From Octopus vulgaris (Eukaryota), in the NCBI GenBank assembly GCA_951406725.2, contig OX597815.1:41602001-41666000 (forward strand): a DNA stretch of 64,000 bases, written 5' to 3'. Shown here one piece after another: positions 40,957 to 53,510 of the stretch. The position numbers and the translations under genes were made by a program. Every line of letters starts with the position of its first letter. The first letter of the stretch is position 1. The notes below the pieces were generated by a model. The model did no database searches. It had not been told where the DNA came from and saw nothing but the letters and a program-made list of their open reading frames with translations.

Positions 40957-40996
<40 letters not shown>

Positions 40997-41506
40997 GTAT
41001 GTGTGTATGTGTACACATACCTTGAGACCATGATGATAAGAAGAAACTTAAAGACTGCGAGGAGATTTGATTAACTCCAAGTTCACTGAAGTATTTTACT
41101 TCAACCATGAAACTTTTGCTATCTGATGACAGTAACCTATCTTGTTTCTCCACTCCTAGGAAGTAACACCTAATTAACAAAGCTAGTTTAATGGTTCTGA
41201 TGTTATCTTGACATAAATTAACAAATTAGAATTTATACACTTATTTTCTTTTTTATTTAGTTTCTTGCGTTTTCCTGACACTGTATAAATGGAATTGACT
41301 CTAAAGTATTTGTGAGCCTGGGTGCCTAGCATGTGATGGCTCAGTGCATATAGCCGTAAGTAGGTACCACACAGTGAAGGTTATCTTAGTATATAACACT
41401 GATATTATATAAACAAGTGACATCATTTGTATCAGGGTGTGTTTATGTCTTAAAGTAATTTGATGCATGAATGATATTTTAATTCAAGAATGATCAAGCT
41501 ATCACC

Positions 41507-41643
41507 ATTATTATTATTAATTAATTATTATTATTATTATTATTATCATTATTATCATTATTATTATTATCATTATTATTATCATTATTATCATTATTAT
41601 TATTATCATTATCATTATTATTATTATTATCATTATTATTATT
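41507..41643. repeat. (ATT)/(ATC)n trinucleotide microsatellite
   Basis: Directly visible. Confidence 0.95.
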
Positions 41644-42150
41644 ACAACAACAACAAAATAACCTAGTTATGAAATATCACTGACAATATTATCAATAGCA
41701 TCGTGTCAGCAGCAATAACACATTTTGACAATATGTGTCAACAGTAACAACAACTTGTGTCAATGGTGATGACATTTCTTGTTGATGGTGACAGCATATA
41801 GGTATGTGTATGTGTGAAGGTACATGGCCTAATGTAAGAGTGTTGTACTAACAATTGCTAGATCATGGGTTCAATTTCCAAACCAGACAGCACATTGTAT
41901 TTTTGAGCAAAATGCTTCACATTGCTCCAGTCCACTCAGCTGTAAATGGTAAACCTGCAACAGAATAGTCTTTTGATCAGGGGGAATGTTGGCCTGTTCA
42001 CCTGGCCAGTGGGGTGGCATTATCATTCAAAGGCTAAAAACGATACAAAGTGCATTGTGACCCGTGGATGTATAACATGTATATATAACATGTATAACAT
42101 CCAATAATCTGGTCAATATGTATCTCACTGCATCAATCAGCCTCTCTTAA

Positions 42151-42545
42151 CTCTCTTTTACTTGTTTCAGTCATTTGACAGTGGCCATGCTGGAGCACCG
42201 CCTTTAGTCGAACAAATCGACCCCAGGACTTATTCTTTGTAAGCCTAGTACTTATTCTATCGGTCTCTTTTGCCGAACCGCTAAGATATGAGGATGTAAA
42301 CACACCATCATCGGTTGCCAAGTGATGTTGGGGGAACAAACACAGACACACACACTCACACACACACACACACATATATATGTCAGGCTTCTTTCAGTTT
42401 CCCTCTACCAAATCCATTAACAAGGCTTTGGTCAGCCTGAAGCTACAGTAGAAGACACTTGCCCAAGGTGCCACACAGTGGGACTGAACCTGGAACCATG
42501 TGGTTGGTAAGCAAGCTACTTACTACACAGCCACTCCTACACCTA
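42151..42545 (-). mobile_element. SINE family A, full length
   Basis: Near-consensus reverse copy. Confidence 0.92.
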
Positions 42546-42880
42546 TGAATGTTGTCATACATCATTGGTCAAAATGTGCTTCACTGCATTGATTTAGCTT
42601 TCAAATGATGCTATCCCACTAGCTTGGTGGGCAGGCCAACATTCCACCAGTCCATTTGCAGTTGAGTGAACAGGAACAATGTGAAATGAAGTGTTTTGCC
42701 CAAGAACACAACACATCACCCAGTCTGAAAATTTAAACTATAATCTTGCAATCATGAATGCAACGTCCTGACCACAAAGCCAACAAATTTGGAGAGGTGG
42801 AGTTAGACAATACACTTGACCCCAGTGCTTACTAGAAATAGTAGCTATATTTTCCTTAAATTATACTCTATTTATCTTAA

Positions 42881-43087
42881 CCCTTTAGCATTTAAACTGG
42901 CTGTATCCGACCAAAATATTCTACCTGTTTTATGTTCAAATTGGCTGGATCTGGCCTCTCACACCTTCCCTACAATGTCATTATAAAACTAAACAATCAC
43001 ATCATTGGAATCTTGATGAATTCAAAACAAAGCATGATTAATTGAAAACAACATTACATTTTACAGAATAATCTGAATGCTAAAGGA
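42881..43087. mobile_element. piggyBac-like MITE
   Basis: TTAA|CCCTTTAGCATT ... AATGCTAAAGGA|TTAA (TIR plus TTAA TSD). Confidence 0.85.
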
Positions 43088-44794
43088 TTAAAGGAAGGAT
43101 ATATATATTGGATAATGTAGTCCAAGACACACTGTCTTTAAGATGGGATAGTCATCTTGAACTGCTATTTGATCATAGATTTGTGCAACTGACAACAGCA
43201 ATTAATGCTGTGACCCCCAATACAAGACCTCACAAATGCATATTTACACTTTGTTGAGATGGGGGAAGCCAAATTACGGTGAAGGCTTCATAGAAACCAT
43301 AAAATCCTTCATCAAATGCATATATATCACAAATAATACTTTTAAATTGCACTGGGATGAACATATACTTATCACCAATACGCTACACATGACCATCTAT
43401 GGCTTAACACACTTCCAAATTCCATCAATGTACATAGCACACCTTCATATGAAAACAACTCTAATAACATAATAGCAACACAACTGAATTCTCTCTCCAT
43501 TCCAAATAATCTACACTAATATGTGTACTTAAAACACTACACTAACTGCAACAACTCCTCTCCCCAACTGCATCACAAACCACTCCCCTTAACACTCTTT
43601 GATCACACCTCATCATAGTATACCCACATATCTATGAACAAAGTAAAAATACTGTATTTTCTGGCATACAAGTCAAATTATTCTGACCAAAATTTACAGC
43701 CAAAAAAGGTTGGTCAACTTGTGCATCAAAATGACTTTGGCAGACCAAAAATTCCAAATGAAATGCAGCAGGATTTGGAAAGATAATGACAATGTTTGAA
43801 TGTTTACACTACAAGTTTACATCATATTATACATCAACTTGTATGTCAGAAAATATGATACTTTAACAACTTCAGTGGATCCACATAAAGGGACACAGTA
43901 TTCAGCACTATTCCTGCATCTATCAAACAAGGGGTGAGAGCTGTGAAAACTAGTGATGCTTTGCATTGACAAAATCTTTATGAAATTTAAGCCATAAGCA
44001 AAGGTTAGTTTTGGCATTTGAAGCATTGACTAATCTGAATCTGTAACATTTTTTTTTCAAGTCAAGGCCTTAATTTAATTGTCAGTATTTATTCCCATAT
44101 AACTCTCTTATAATTTCATTTATATATTTGGTTTGCAAGATTCTTTGTGAATTCATGTGTTGAAGTATATTTTATTGTGTCTGGGGAGAGTCATTCTCTT
44201 TTAGTGCCTTATTATTTAACACACTCCCCTGTTCAATTTCCACTCATTTACTTATTCATTTTTTTTCTAAAATTTTCATTGCGTCTTGCAACCTTTTCAA
44301 TAGTCGTTGACTCTGTCCATTCTTTTATAATTGTTCGTTTAATTTAATATTAATGTACTTTGCGCTGTTTCTTTCCGAGTAAAAATAATCAAACTATATT
44401 GATTCCTTTCCATTTTCTTTTTATAATTTCATATAACTCTGGTGTTTATTATTTTTATATACATGATATCTACCCTATTCTTAGTATATTTAATTAGCTG
44501 TCTCAGACAAGTACACATGCACAAACTCATAAAAATGAATTCAGTTTCAAAATAAATGTTAACAGCACTCCTTCCACTTTCAGTTTAGAAAAAACCTAAA
44601 ATGACTAAGAATAATTCACAGTCTTTTCTTTTCTTATAGTCTTTCCATGAAGAAGACATACCCATAGCTGGGTGGTTAAAAAGTTTGCTATGCAGTCATG
44701 TGGCTTTGGGTTTTGTGTCTTGAGCAAGTATCTTCTGTTATAGCCTTTGGCTGAGCTATGCTTTGTGTAAGAAACTTAGTAGATGGAAGTCACA

Positions 44795-45175
44795 CATGTG
44801 TGTGTGTGCTTGTCTGTATGTTTGCATGTGCTTGTCTGTCTGTGTGTGTGTGCTTGTCTCCATGTGTGTCTGTGTGCTTGACTGTATATACATGTGTATG
44901 TATATGTGCTCACCTCTCTGTGTGTGTGTGCACATACATGCACATTTGTTTGTGGATGTGTATGCATGAACTTCGTATGTGTATGTGTACACATATATAC
45001 TCATTTGTGTGCAGATGTATGTGCATGCATGCACTTGTGTATGTGTGCACATACATGCACGCCTGTGCATGTGTGTGTGTATGTGTATGCTTGCCTCTCT
45101 GTGTAAGTTTACTCACCTCTGTGTGCATGTATATGTGGGCACTCGCGCATTTGTGTGTGTGTGTGTGTATGTGTG
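44795..45175. repeat. Degenerate (TG)/(CA) low-complexity tract
   Basis: Directly visible. Confidence 0.85.
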
Positions 45176-45608
45176 TTCACATTTTTCCGCACATAAAAAA
45201 ACAAAATATCCTGCAGCTTGGCGATTCAACATGTGAAGGTCAGTGAAATAATGAGCCTGAATTGAAAACAAATAAAAGTTGGTATCAAGAAACACATCCA
45301 GTTGAGGAATATTGCCTTAAAATGTTTCACCCAACAAAGGACACTAAGCGAGGAAAATCTGACATAAAAACGATGTTGACAATAAAGATACCTTCTGACC
45401 CTTTAACATGGATTCAAGGGATAATTTTTGACTTGGCCAGTATGCAACTATACTTATCATCATCATCATTTAATGTCTGTTTTCCATGACTGATTATAAG
45501 TGATTAATTAAGCTTACTGTATGCTCATTTCCTTAACCATTAAATGCTTTGCTTTCATCTCCGTTTTTCATGTGCTATTGAGAATAATATCTGTAACTTT
45601 GGTATTTT

Positions 45609-46030
45609 ATCATCATCATCATTCCCAATTTAATGTTCATTTTTCCATGCTTGTGTGGGTCAGACAGTTTATTGTGGCAGATTTTTCTATGGCTGGGTGC
45701 CCTTCCGGTCACCACTTCTTATCTTGTTTTCGAGGAAGGTAATATTTCCTCATGATGGCCGGATATGTTCTTACAGAATATTGGAAATGAATGACACAAT
45801 TTGTACGACAGTGACCCCCATTTGCAACTATCATGACAAAGAAACATACACACATACAATGAACTTCTTTCAGTTTCCATCTACCAAATCCAATCACAAG
45901 TTTTCAAAGCTTTGGTCAGCCCTGGACTATATCAAAAGACACTTACTTAAAGTGCTACGTGGTGGGACTGAACCCAGAATCATGTGGTTGGGAAGTAATC
46001 TTCTTAGCACACAGCCATGCTTGTGCCTAT
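45609..46030 (-). mobile_element. SINE family A'
   Basis: Homologous to 7020-7470. Confidence 0.75.
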
Positions 46031-46230
46031 TTGTGAATCTTGTTAAGACAAGGAGACACAAACACACATGCACACAGACATATATGTACACATATATACA
46101 ATGGAAGTTTTTCAGTTTCCATCTACCAGATCCACTCACACGGCTTTGGTTGGTCCATAAAAGACACTTTCCCATTTTATTAATTATGAATCAGTTATTT
46201 AGCTTCTAGTAACATCTTATAGTTATTCTT

Positions 46231-46386
46231 TATTGTTTTACTTGTTTCAGTCATTAGATTGTGGCCATGCAGGGGCACTATCTTAACGAATTTAAGTGAA
46301 CAAATTGACCTCTGCACTTATTCTTTGTAAATCTAGTACTTATTCTATTCATCCTTTTGTCAGTCTGCTAAATTATGGGGGTCATA

Positions 46387-46419
<33 letters not shown>

Positions 46420-46589
46420 CACATAAACACACGTGCATGCACACACAACAGGCTCCTTTCAGTTTCTGTCTATCAAATCCACTCACAAGGCGTTGGTCAG
46501 CTTAAGGCTATAGTAGAAGACACATGCCCAAGGTGCCACACAGTGGGAACTATGTGGTTAGGAAGCAAACTTCTTACCACACAGCCATG

Positions 46590-46592
<3 letters not shown>
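46231..46592 (-). mobile_element. SINE family A
   Basis: Head and tail motifs on the reverse strand. Confidence 0.8.
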
Positions 46593-46635
<43 letters not shown>

Positions 46636-47106
46636 ATCCAAACATGAAAACACAAAGAGAAAACACAACAATGCAAGGACGTGGAACAAATATAGTATTA
46701 TTGGATACTCAGGAAGGAAGGGTTAGAAACATAGGAAAAGGAAAGATCCAGAGAAGGGAAGACAGAGGGAAAAAATCACCAATGGTACACACGTGGTCAC
46801 ATTTTGAATATATATATATATTATTATATATATATATATAAATATATAAATAATAATAATAATAATAATTTATATATTGTTTCTCTCTCTCTCTTCCATA
46901 TGATTCAAGTTTCTACAGGAAATTAAAATGCTAAATAGTGAGAGTTTCAAGTTTCTTAGAACATAATACCTATTAGTTTCTAATAACAATTCTTGTTAAG
47001 ATAAGAATACCATGTATATTTATCACAATTTCAAATCAAGAAATTAGTATTTATAGTCATAATATTAAAGTTAATTGGTGTTGTAGGAGATTCAGCTTTT
47101 GTTAAA

Positions 47107-47214
47107 AGTTAAAGGCAAGTTTATCTGATATTAAAATACTAAAACTTAGTTTACTAAACTAGTTAAAGGCAAGTTTATCCGATATTAAATTGCTAAAACT
47201 CAGTTTACTAAACT
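47107..47214. repeat. 54-bp tandem duplication (2 copies)
   Basis: AGTTAAAGGCAAGTTTATC.GATATTAAA.T.CTAAAACT.AGTTTACTAAACT twice. Confidence 0.9.
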
Positions 47215-47749
47215 TATAATTTAATATACTTCAGTAGTTTTCTTCTTGTGGGTTTCATTAAAAATCAATTTTGTTCATTGTTTTCATGTATGTTCTCTGC
47301 CACTCACTTCCTTCTTCCGGGAGAAAATCGTTTATAAATGGACATTTAGGTTATTTTCTTCTTTTACGAGTTGCAGTCATTGGACTGCAACCATACTGAA
47401 ACATTTTAAAGAGCTTTTAGCTAATTATATCAACCCCCAAATTAAGTATGGTACTATTTTATTAATTTCTATTTACTGAATGGACTAGGTTACCTGATTT
47501 AGATCCCTTTGAAGTTATCTCCCTTTTATGGCTACCCCAAGGTATTTAACCAGCATGCACACAAATATATGTATGTATACACAACAGTCCTTATCTATTA
47601 AATTTCACTTAGAAGGCATTGGTTAACCTAAGACTATGGTAGAAGACAATCACATTGCCACACTTGGAGGTTGAACCTGCAAACAACTGCAAAGGAAACC
47701 TCTTAACCACACAGCTGTGTCAATATTCATACATATATATGTATCAAAA

Positions 47750-48127
47750 TGCCCATTGATGAACCTTTGTATGCATACAAATCTTGTATATAAATGCACT
47801 GTGCACATAAGGGGAAAGCCATATATGTTTATATTGGGCAAATGGCTGATTCATTCAAGAATTATTATCACAAACATGTTGCCAGCTTCAAGAAAATCAA
47901 TAAGGGACATTCAAAATCTTTGGCTGATTTTGTGTGGCAACTCAAGGAAGATAAAATTAAATATAACATAATTTGGTCCATAGTAAGGTATGAAAAACCA
48001 TATGAAAACCATAAGATGCCAACTCTGCTCCAAGGAATCCCTGTCTATTCTGTGGATCAATGAGATGATCATTAATAGAATTTCTGAAAGACTCTCATGA
48101 TGCTTGCATTCATATAAATATACTTTC
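47750..48127 (+). pseudogene. Penelope-like retroelement GIY-YIG endonuclease remnant (frameshifted)
   Basis: Stitched frames give CPLMNLCMHTNLVYKCTV / YVYIGQ..SFKNYYHKHVASF..SLADFVWQLKEDKIKYNIIWSIV..PY / RCQLCSKE..I..IINRISE..CLH..K, the motif order of Penelope-like-element (PLE) endonucleases. Confidence 0.85.
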
Positions 48128-48460
48128 ACACAATGCAGTGGGAATGAATTTGAGTAACTGTTAATATGATTTACCTTAAGGTATGGATGAATTAAGTACA
48201 GTTTTAACCTCCCCATTCTTATAAATGCCAAGGAGCTATGTGAACGTATTTGCGCCAAACCACACATGTCTAGGCTTACATCGTGGATGCTTGTATGAGC
48301 GAGTGTACATGTGCCATACAACCTACACTAGAATGTTTATACATCCATATCTGTTAAGTTATTTTTAATACTTTTTTCAATGTATTGTGCGTTTGTTTTT
48401 TTTGCATCTGTTATTTTATTATTGATCTTCTATATAAATGAAGCTATATATATATATATA

Positions 48461-48639
48461 TGATAGATCGTTAGCCACTACACACATTTTTTTCCTCTCC
48501 TTGTTTTCTGTGTCCCTTTCTGTAGAAGTGCATAGGCTCAAAACGTAAAAGACTTTTTCTATTCCTGAGCGTTATACTAATACATCTGTTTGTTTTGTAC
48601 ACCACCCGTCTTCTTCTTTTGTTTTTTTCCGTAGACTCT

Positions 48640-48642
<3 letters not shown>
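48461..48642 (+). mobile_element. Short HHR-like element embedded in (TA)n
   Basis: Flanked by (TA)n on both sides; variant core at 48516-48551; reverse-strand sibling at 58155-58300. Confidence 0.75.
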
Positions 48643-48685
<43 letters not shown>

Positions 48686-48687
<2 letters not shown>

Positions 48688-48945
48688 CAATATTTTTTTA
48701 TAATTATAAGTATAATTATAATTAGGATTCAGCAAAAAATTTTCTTAACCATATACCGAGCTTTAGAAATAGCAGCCAAAATAACTTAGCTATTTCTTCT
48801 ACTATAAGAAGCAACTCTTCTACTTATAGTAGAAGAAGTAGCTAAGTATTTTTGGCTGCTATTTCTAAAGTTTGGTATGTGGTTAAGAACATTTTTTGCT
48901 GAGCCCTAAATATAATTATACTCATAATTATAAAAAAATATTGTT
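48686..48945. repeat. Foldback palindrome with 123-bp arms and 14-nt spacer
   Basis: 48686-48808 is the reverse complement of 48823-48945 with scattered mismatches. Confidence 0.92.
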
Positions 48946-49061
48946 TAAGTTTACCGAAAATGGTCTTTTTAACATGCCGAAAACTACTTGGTGAAATTAT
49001 TAATTACTAATTAATTAATTTTACCTTTTATTATATATATATATATATATACTTTTTTTTT

Positions 49062-49415
49062 TTTCTTGTTTCAGTCATTAGACTGCAGTCATGCTAGGGC
49101 ACCACCTTGAAGGATTTTTAGTCAAATGAATCAACTCCAAGACTTTTATTTTCAAAGCCTGGTACTTATTCTAGCAGCCTCTTTTGCCGAACTGCTAAGT
49201 TACCGGGATCTACACACACCACACCACACCAGTTGTCAAGCAGTGGGACACACACGCACTTCTTTCAATTTCCTTCTCCAAATCCACTCATAAGGATTTG
49301 GTTGGCTTATGGCTACAGTAGAAGACACTTGTCCAAGGTGCCATACAGTGGGACTGAACCCAGAGCCATGTAGTTGGGAAGCAAGCTTCTTATCACACAG
49401 TCACGCCTGCACCTA
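49062..49415 (-). mobile_element. SINE family A, old subfamily
   Basis: Head and tail motifs on the reverse strand. Confidence 0.8.
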
Positions 49416-49427
49416 TTTATATATACA

Positions 49428-49806
49428 CTAGCAGTATAGTCCAGCGTTGTTCGGGCTTGTTTTCTAGTCGACCCTTTAGAATTGGAATTTTTAAAAAGTA
49501 AAAATTTTGCATTATGTAGTTTGTTATTCTCTTTAAGTGAACATTTTTCTGGTTGAAATACACCGAAAAATGGCGACACAGCAGTAAAAAAAAATCATAA
49601 AAAATAGGGATTATCATAGAAAAAAAGCACCTTTTTGATGTAAATAATTTTTGGTGTTAACATGGTCCAATTTGAAGAGCAAGCCTTCTTCTATCATACT
49701 CTCAATTTTGGTCAACTTGCACCGCAGGGTCTCGGAGGAGATAGTATTAGTTGAAGGCTACCAAACCTGCCATACACAGACAACTTCAGCTTTATATATA
49801 GAAAGA
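49428..49806 (-). mobile_element. Non-autonomous Helitron
   Basis: Minus strand A|TCTTTCTATATATAAAGC ... CCCGAACAACGCTGGACTATACTGCTAG|T: 5' TC, decayed 3' GC hairpin, CTAG end, A/T target. Confidence 0.85.
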
Positions 49807-50203
49807 TAAGGTTACATAACTATTCATAATCTCAGTCTATGTTGTTGTTTATTTCTCACAAGACATTTTACAAAATAACAAGTGGTTGATCTTTAATACT
49901 AAACTTAATAGAAATCCAGTTGGTAAGTATTTCAGATCAGAACCGAGTACATACATCCTTACATGTTTTTGTTTATTTTACATCCTACAATATTTACTAC
50001 TTTTGGTATGGCAATGTTTATATATTCTGCCCCAATGTCTATTTTGACCAATGATAATACTTTCAAAAGTATTTATGCACAGTGTATGAAGCCTCTGAAT
50101 GAATATTGACACTTTGCCAAGGAAATTATCACACACACACACATACATATATGAATTCAAGGTCAACCTTATTTAAATCAACAGCTGTAAAACTAAAAAA
50201 ACA

Positions 50204-50235
<32 letters not shown>

Positions 50236-50801
50236 CCAAGCCCCTATCATCCTTATACTTACTCACTTATTTAAAATTCAACTTTTGGAATTTGTATCAT
50301 GTAAGTTTTAATTATAAGATTGTTTTCCTTCGAATGTACCAGTTACATCTTTACAACAAATATTTATAACAATAGAACTATATTTTACTTACAAGCTACC
50401 AGTCTGAAAAATATCTTTTTTGGACCACTCATTAACAGTAGACTTATGTAAATTATTATTGGTATTTGTAATTCTGAATGTACAATTACTACTCGCTTAT
50501 TATCATAACTTCTCCAACCCAACAAAATTATTCTCTTAATAGGTCATAAATTTAAAATGTCATAGCAAATTTCTCCTTTTTGCTGCTCATTGCTTCTTCT
50601 ATCACCACCCCCTTTTCTGTTCTGTTTTTTTTTTTATTTGATACAGTTTCTCCCTCATTTTGTTTTACTTTCTATTATTTTTGACTTTCCTCTGTTTTCT
50701 CCTCTTATTTTTTTTTTCTTTCTATCTTTTGTTTCTTCACCTCTGTCCTCAACATTTTCAGATTTTGTACTTTCTCTCTTTCCATATATATGATGATGAT
50801 G

Positions 50802-50833
<32 letters not shown>

Positions 50834-51403
50834 TCTTTTACACTTATGAATGTTAAAAATTAGATTTTGGAGCACCAAAAATTTCGTTTTTGTATTATTT
50901 TATATCAAAATTGGAACAACTTGGAATATTCCAAATAAACCACATAAAAACAATGTCTTCCATCTTCATAGTATGTTATGACCTTCCTTAGTCTGAAACT
51001 GCCATAAAAGAATTTTACATCTTTAATCATGATTTTTTTTTTACTTGTCAGTGCTACATATTTTCAATTTCCTACACATGTTATTATAAAGATGAAAAGT
51101 CTTTTGAACTTTGTGTGTTGGATTTCATACCAATGAAGTCTTCATTCTTTTCTTTTCTTCTTTATTCAGACAGTAATTTTAAAGAATTTCTCTTTTTAGG
51201 TTTAACTGAGTGTTCATTCTTAGTGTATTTATTTTGCTACAATGCTGAATATTTTATTCACAGACAGGAACATCATTTGTGATCCCACACTTCAAAGAAA
51301 TACTTAGAATCTTTTATAATCTTTCACTAACATTCTGAAACTTTATATCATCCAAATTGTTAGAACAGATTTTGAAAAACTTGACACACACACACACACA
51401 CAT

Positions 51404-52153
51404 TCCAAGTTGGCTCTCCTCCTGCAACTCAACTTGATTTTGAGCCGGGTCATTTGCTGCTGGAGAGGACCGATCAAGTAAAGGACCTGGGTATCTTGGT
51501 GGATTCCTCCTTTTCACCTTCGGCCCAGTGCGTCCATGCTGCCAACAAAGCACGCAGAATTCTGTTCTTGATTCGACGGTCATTCGGAATGCTCACAGCA
51601 GCCATATTCCTACCGCTCTATGTCACGCTGGTGAGACCCATATTGGAGTACGGGATTCAAGCCTCTTCTCCTTATCTCCTCAAAGACATACAGCATCTCG
51701 AAAGAGTCCAGAAGCTGGCTACCCGCATGGTTTTTGGTCTCAAGAATTTGTCTTATGAAGAAAGGCTGAAGATGCTCGACCTTTATTCTCTAGAAAAACG
51801 ACGATGCCGTGGAGACCTCATTCTTGCTCACAACATCATAAGCGGAAAGTGTAACCTCTCGAAAGAGCTGCTCTTCACTCCTGCTCCAGAGTGTCGGCTG
51901 CAGGGTCATTCCGAAAAGCTCTATCTGCGACGATTTCATCTCAATCGAAGGAGAGGGGCTTTCTCCGTCCGGGTTGCGGAACCATGGAATAAGCTGCCAG
52001 ACGAGATGGTGAAGATGCCGACGACCACTCGGTTCAAAGTCTCCCTTGACCTCAAGTGGCCTGAACTCTTTACATGAACACCACCCTGTACATAACTCCA
52101 TGTCCCCCTACATGGCCTTGCTTTTTGCTTTTTGAGCCAAAAAATTAACTAAC
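51404..52153 (+). mobile_element. 5'-truncated CR1-like LINE
   Basis: GC-richer island containing the RT C-terminal ORF, a short 3' UTR and a TAAC-type tail; possible ACACATT TSD next to (CA)n. Confidence 0.88.
51454..52077 (+). CDS. LINE reverse transcriptase C-terminal region (CR1-like clade), fragment
   Basis: KDLGILVDSSFS, LYVTLVRPILEYG, LERVQKLATRMV, SYEERLKMLDLYSLEKRR.RGDLI and FSVRVAEPWNKLP motifs; no catalytic core included. Confidence 0.9.
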   Translation: MLLERTDQVKDLGILVDSSFSPSAQCVHAANKARRILFLIRRSFGMLTAAIFLPLYVTLVRPILEYGIQASSPYLLKDIQHLERVQKLATRMVFGLKNLSYEERLKMLDLYSLEKRRCRGDLILAHNIISGKCNLSKELLFTPAPECRLQGHSEKLYLRRFHLNRRRGAFSVRVAEPWNKLPDEMVKMPTTTRFKVSLDLKWPELFT

Positions 52154-52238
52154 ACATTGTTTTTATGTCAAATTATAATAAAAGCAATTTTATATAAAAC
52201 TGAAGAATTACTCAATTCTTTTTGTAGAATACTTATTA

Positions 52239-52590
52239 TTCTTTTACAAGAATAATGTTGATAGGGACTTCAAAGTTTTAGCATGCTTAGACTTCATCAG
52301 ACTATGGTACATTTCAAGTCATCTTAGCTTTATTATTTGAAGCCAAGATGACTTCAAATGTACTCAGGTGAGTTTATTTATTATAATATTTTTTTTGGAG
52401 TAGGTAAAGCTCTATAGTACTGTTACATCAGAACTTACCCTATAACCTAATTATCATTCAACAGAGTTCCATCTGTCCATGGCAAAATAAACTTACAAGA
52501 GACTACATAAACTCAAATGTACCATAGTCCAATAAAAGCTAAGCAGGCCAAAGATTCAAAGTCACTCTCAGTACTCCTCTTGTAAAAGAA
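52239..52590. mobile_element. Long-TIR MITE/foldback with internal hairpin
   Basis: About 78-bp imperfect TIRs (TTCTTTTACAAGA...ACTATGGTACATTT / AAATGTACCATAGT...TCTTGTAAAAGAA); internal 24-bp stem at 52307-52363. Confidence 0.7.
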
Positions 52591-52592
52591 CC

Positions 52593-52681
<89 letters not shown>

Positions 52682-52790
52682 CCTACCTACTTACCTATCT
52701 ATCTATCTATCTATCTCAGTCTATCAGTCTATCTATCTATCAGTCTGTCTGTTTGTCTATCTATCAGTCTGTCTGTCTGTTTATCTATCT
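52593..52790. repeat. (ATCT)n microsatellite grading into (GTCT)n
   Basis: Directly visible. Confidence 0.95.
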
Positions 52791-53154
52791 GTGTATGTTT
52801 GTGTGTGCTTATATATATATATATATATATATATACATACATGCATGCATGCATTATTGTGTATATGTGTTGAAGAACGCCTTATCAGTGCTTTAAATAC
52901 ATTCTAAATAAACTGAGTTGAAAGAATTTTTTTTTATCTGTCAACAAAAGATGAATGTCAGCAAGAATTATCTTTGCTATTTTAGGCCAAAGTTTTGAAA
53001 ATATCTTTAACGTTTAGCCTGAAGAATTTTGTGGTTTTTATTTCTCTTGTCTTGATTGTTATCATTCTATTATAAGGTTCATTCTTGGGATAATTAGTGC
53101 AATGTTTCTATCAATGAAGATAGGAAAAGAAATATTAAGTTTCAACAGGTATAT

Positions 53155-53510
53155 GCACAATTGTGGCTCTGTGATAAGATGTTTGCTTCTCCACTGCTTG
53201 GCACCTTGGACAAGTGTTTTCTATTAAAGCCCCAGACCAACCAAAGCCTTGTGAGTGGACTTGGTGAACAGATAACGAAAGAAACCCATCACTCATATGT
53301 GTGTGTGTGCATGTGTGTGTGTATATGTGTTGGTCCCTCACCACTGCTTGATAGCCAGTGTTGGCTTGTTTATGTCCCTGTAACTTGGTGGTTCAGTAAA
53401 AGAGACTGATAGAACAAAGTATCAGGCTGAGGTTGGTTTATTTGACTAAACCCTTCAAGGCAGTGCCCCAGCATGGCCACAGGTAAATGACTGAAACAAG
53501 TAAGAAATAA
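53155..53510 (+). mobile_element. SINE family A, old subfamily
   Basis: Core CACCTTGGACAAGTG and tail CAGCATGGCCACAG..ATGACTGAAACAAG. Confidence 0.8.

Noticed and set aside
48098-48100. In-frame TGA next to the CxH motif of the GIY-YIG relic as possible selenocysteine
   Set aside because: It lies before the Cys codon rather than replacing it, fits CGA>TGA decay, the element is frameshifted, and I saw no SECIS.
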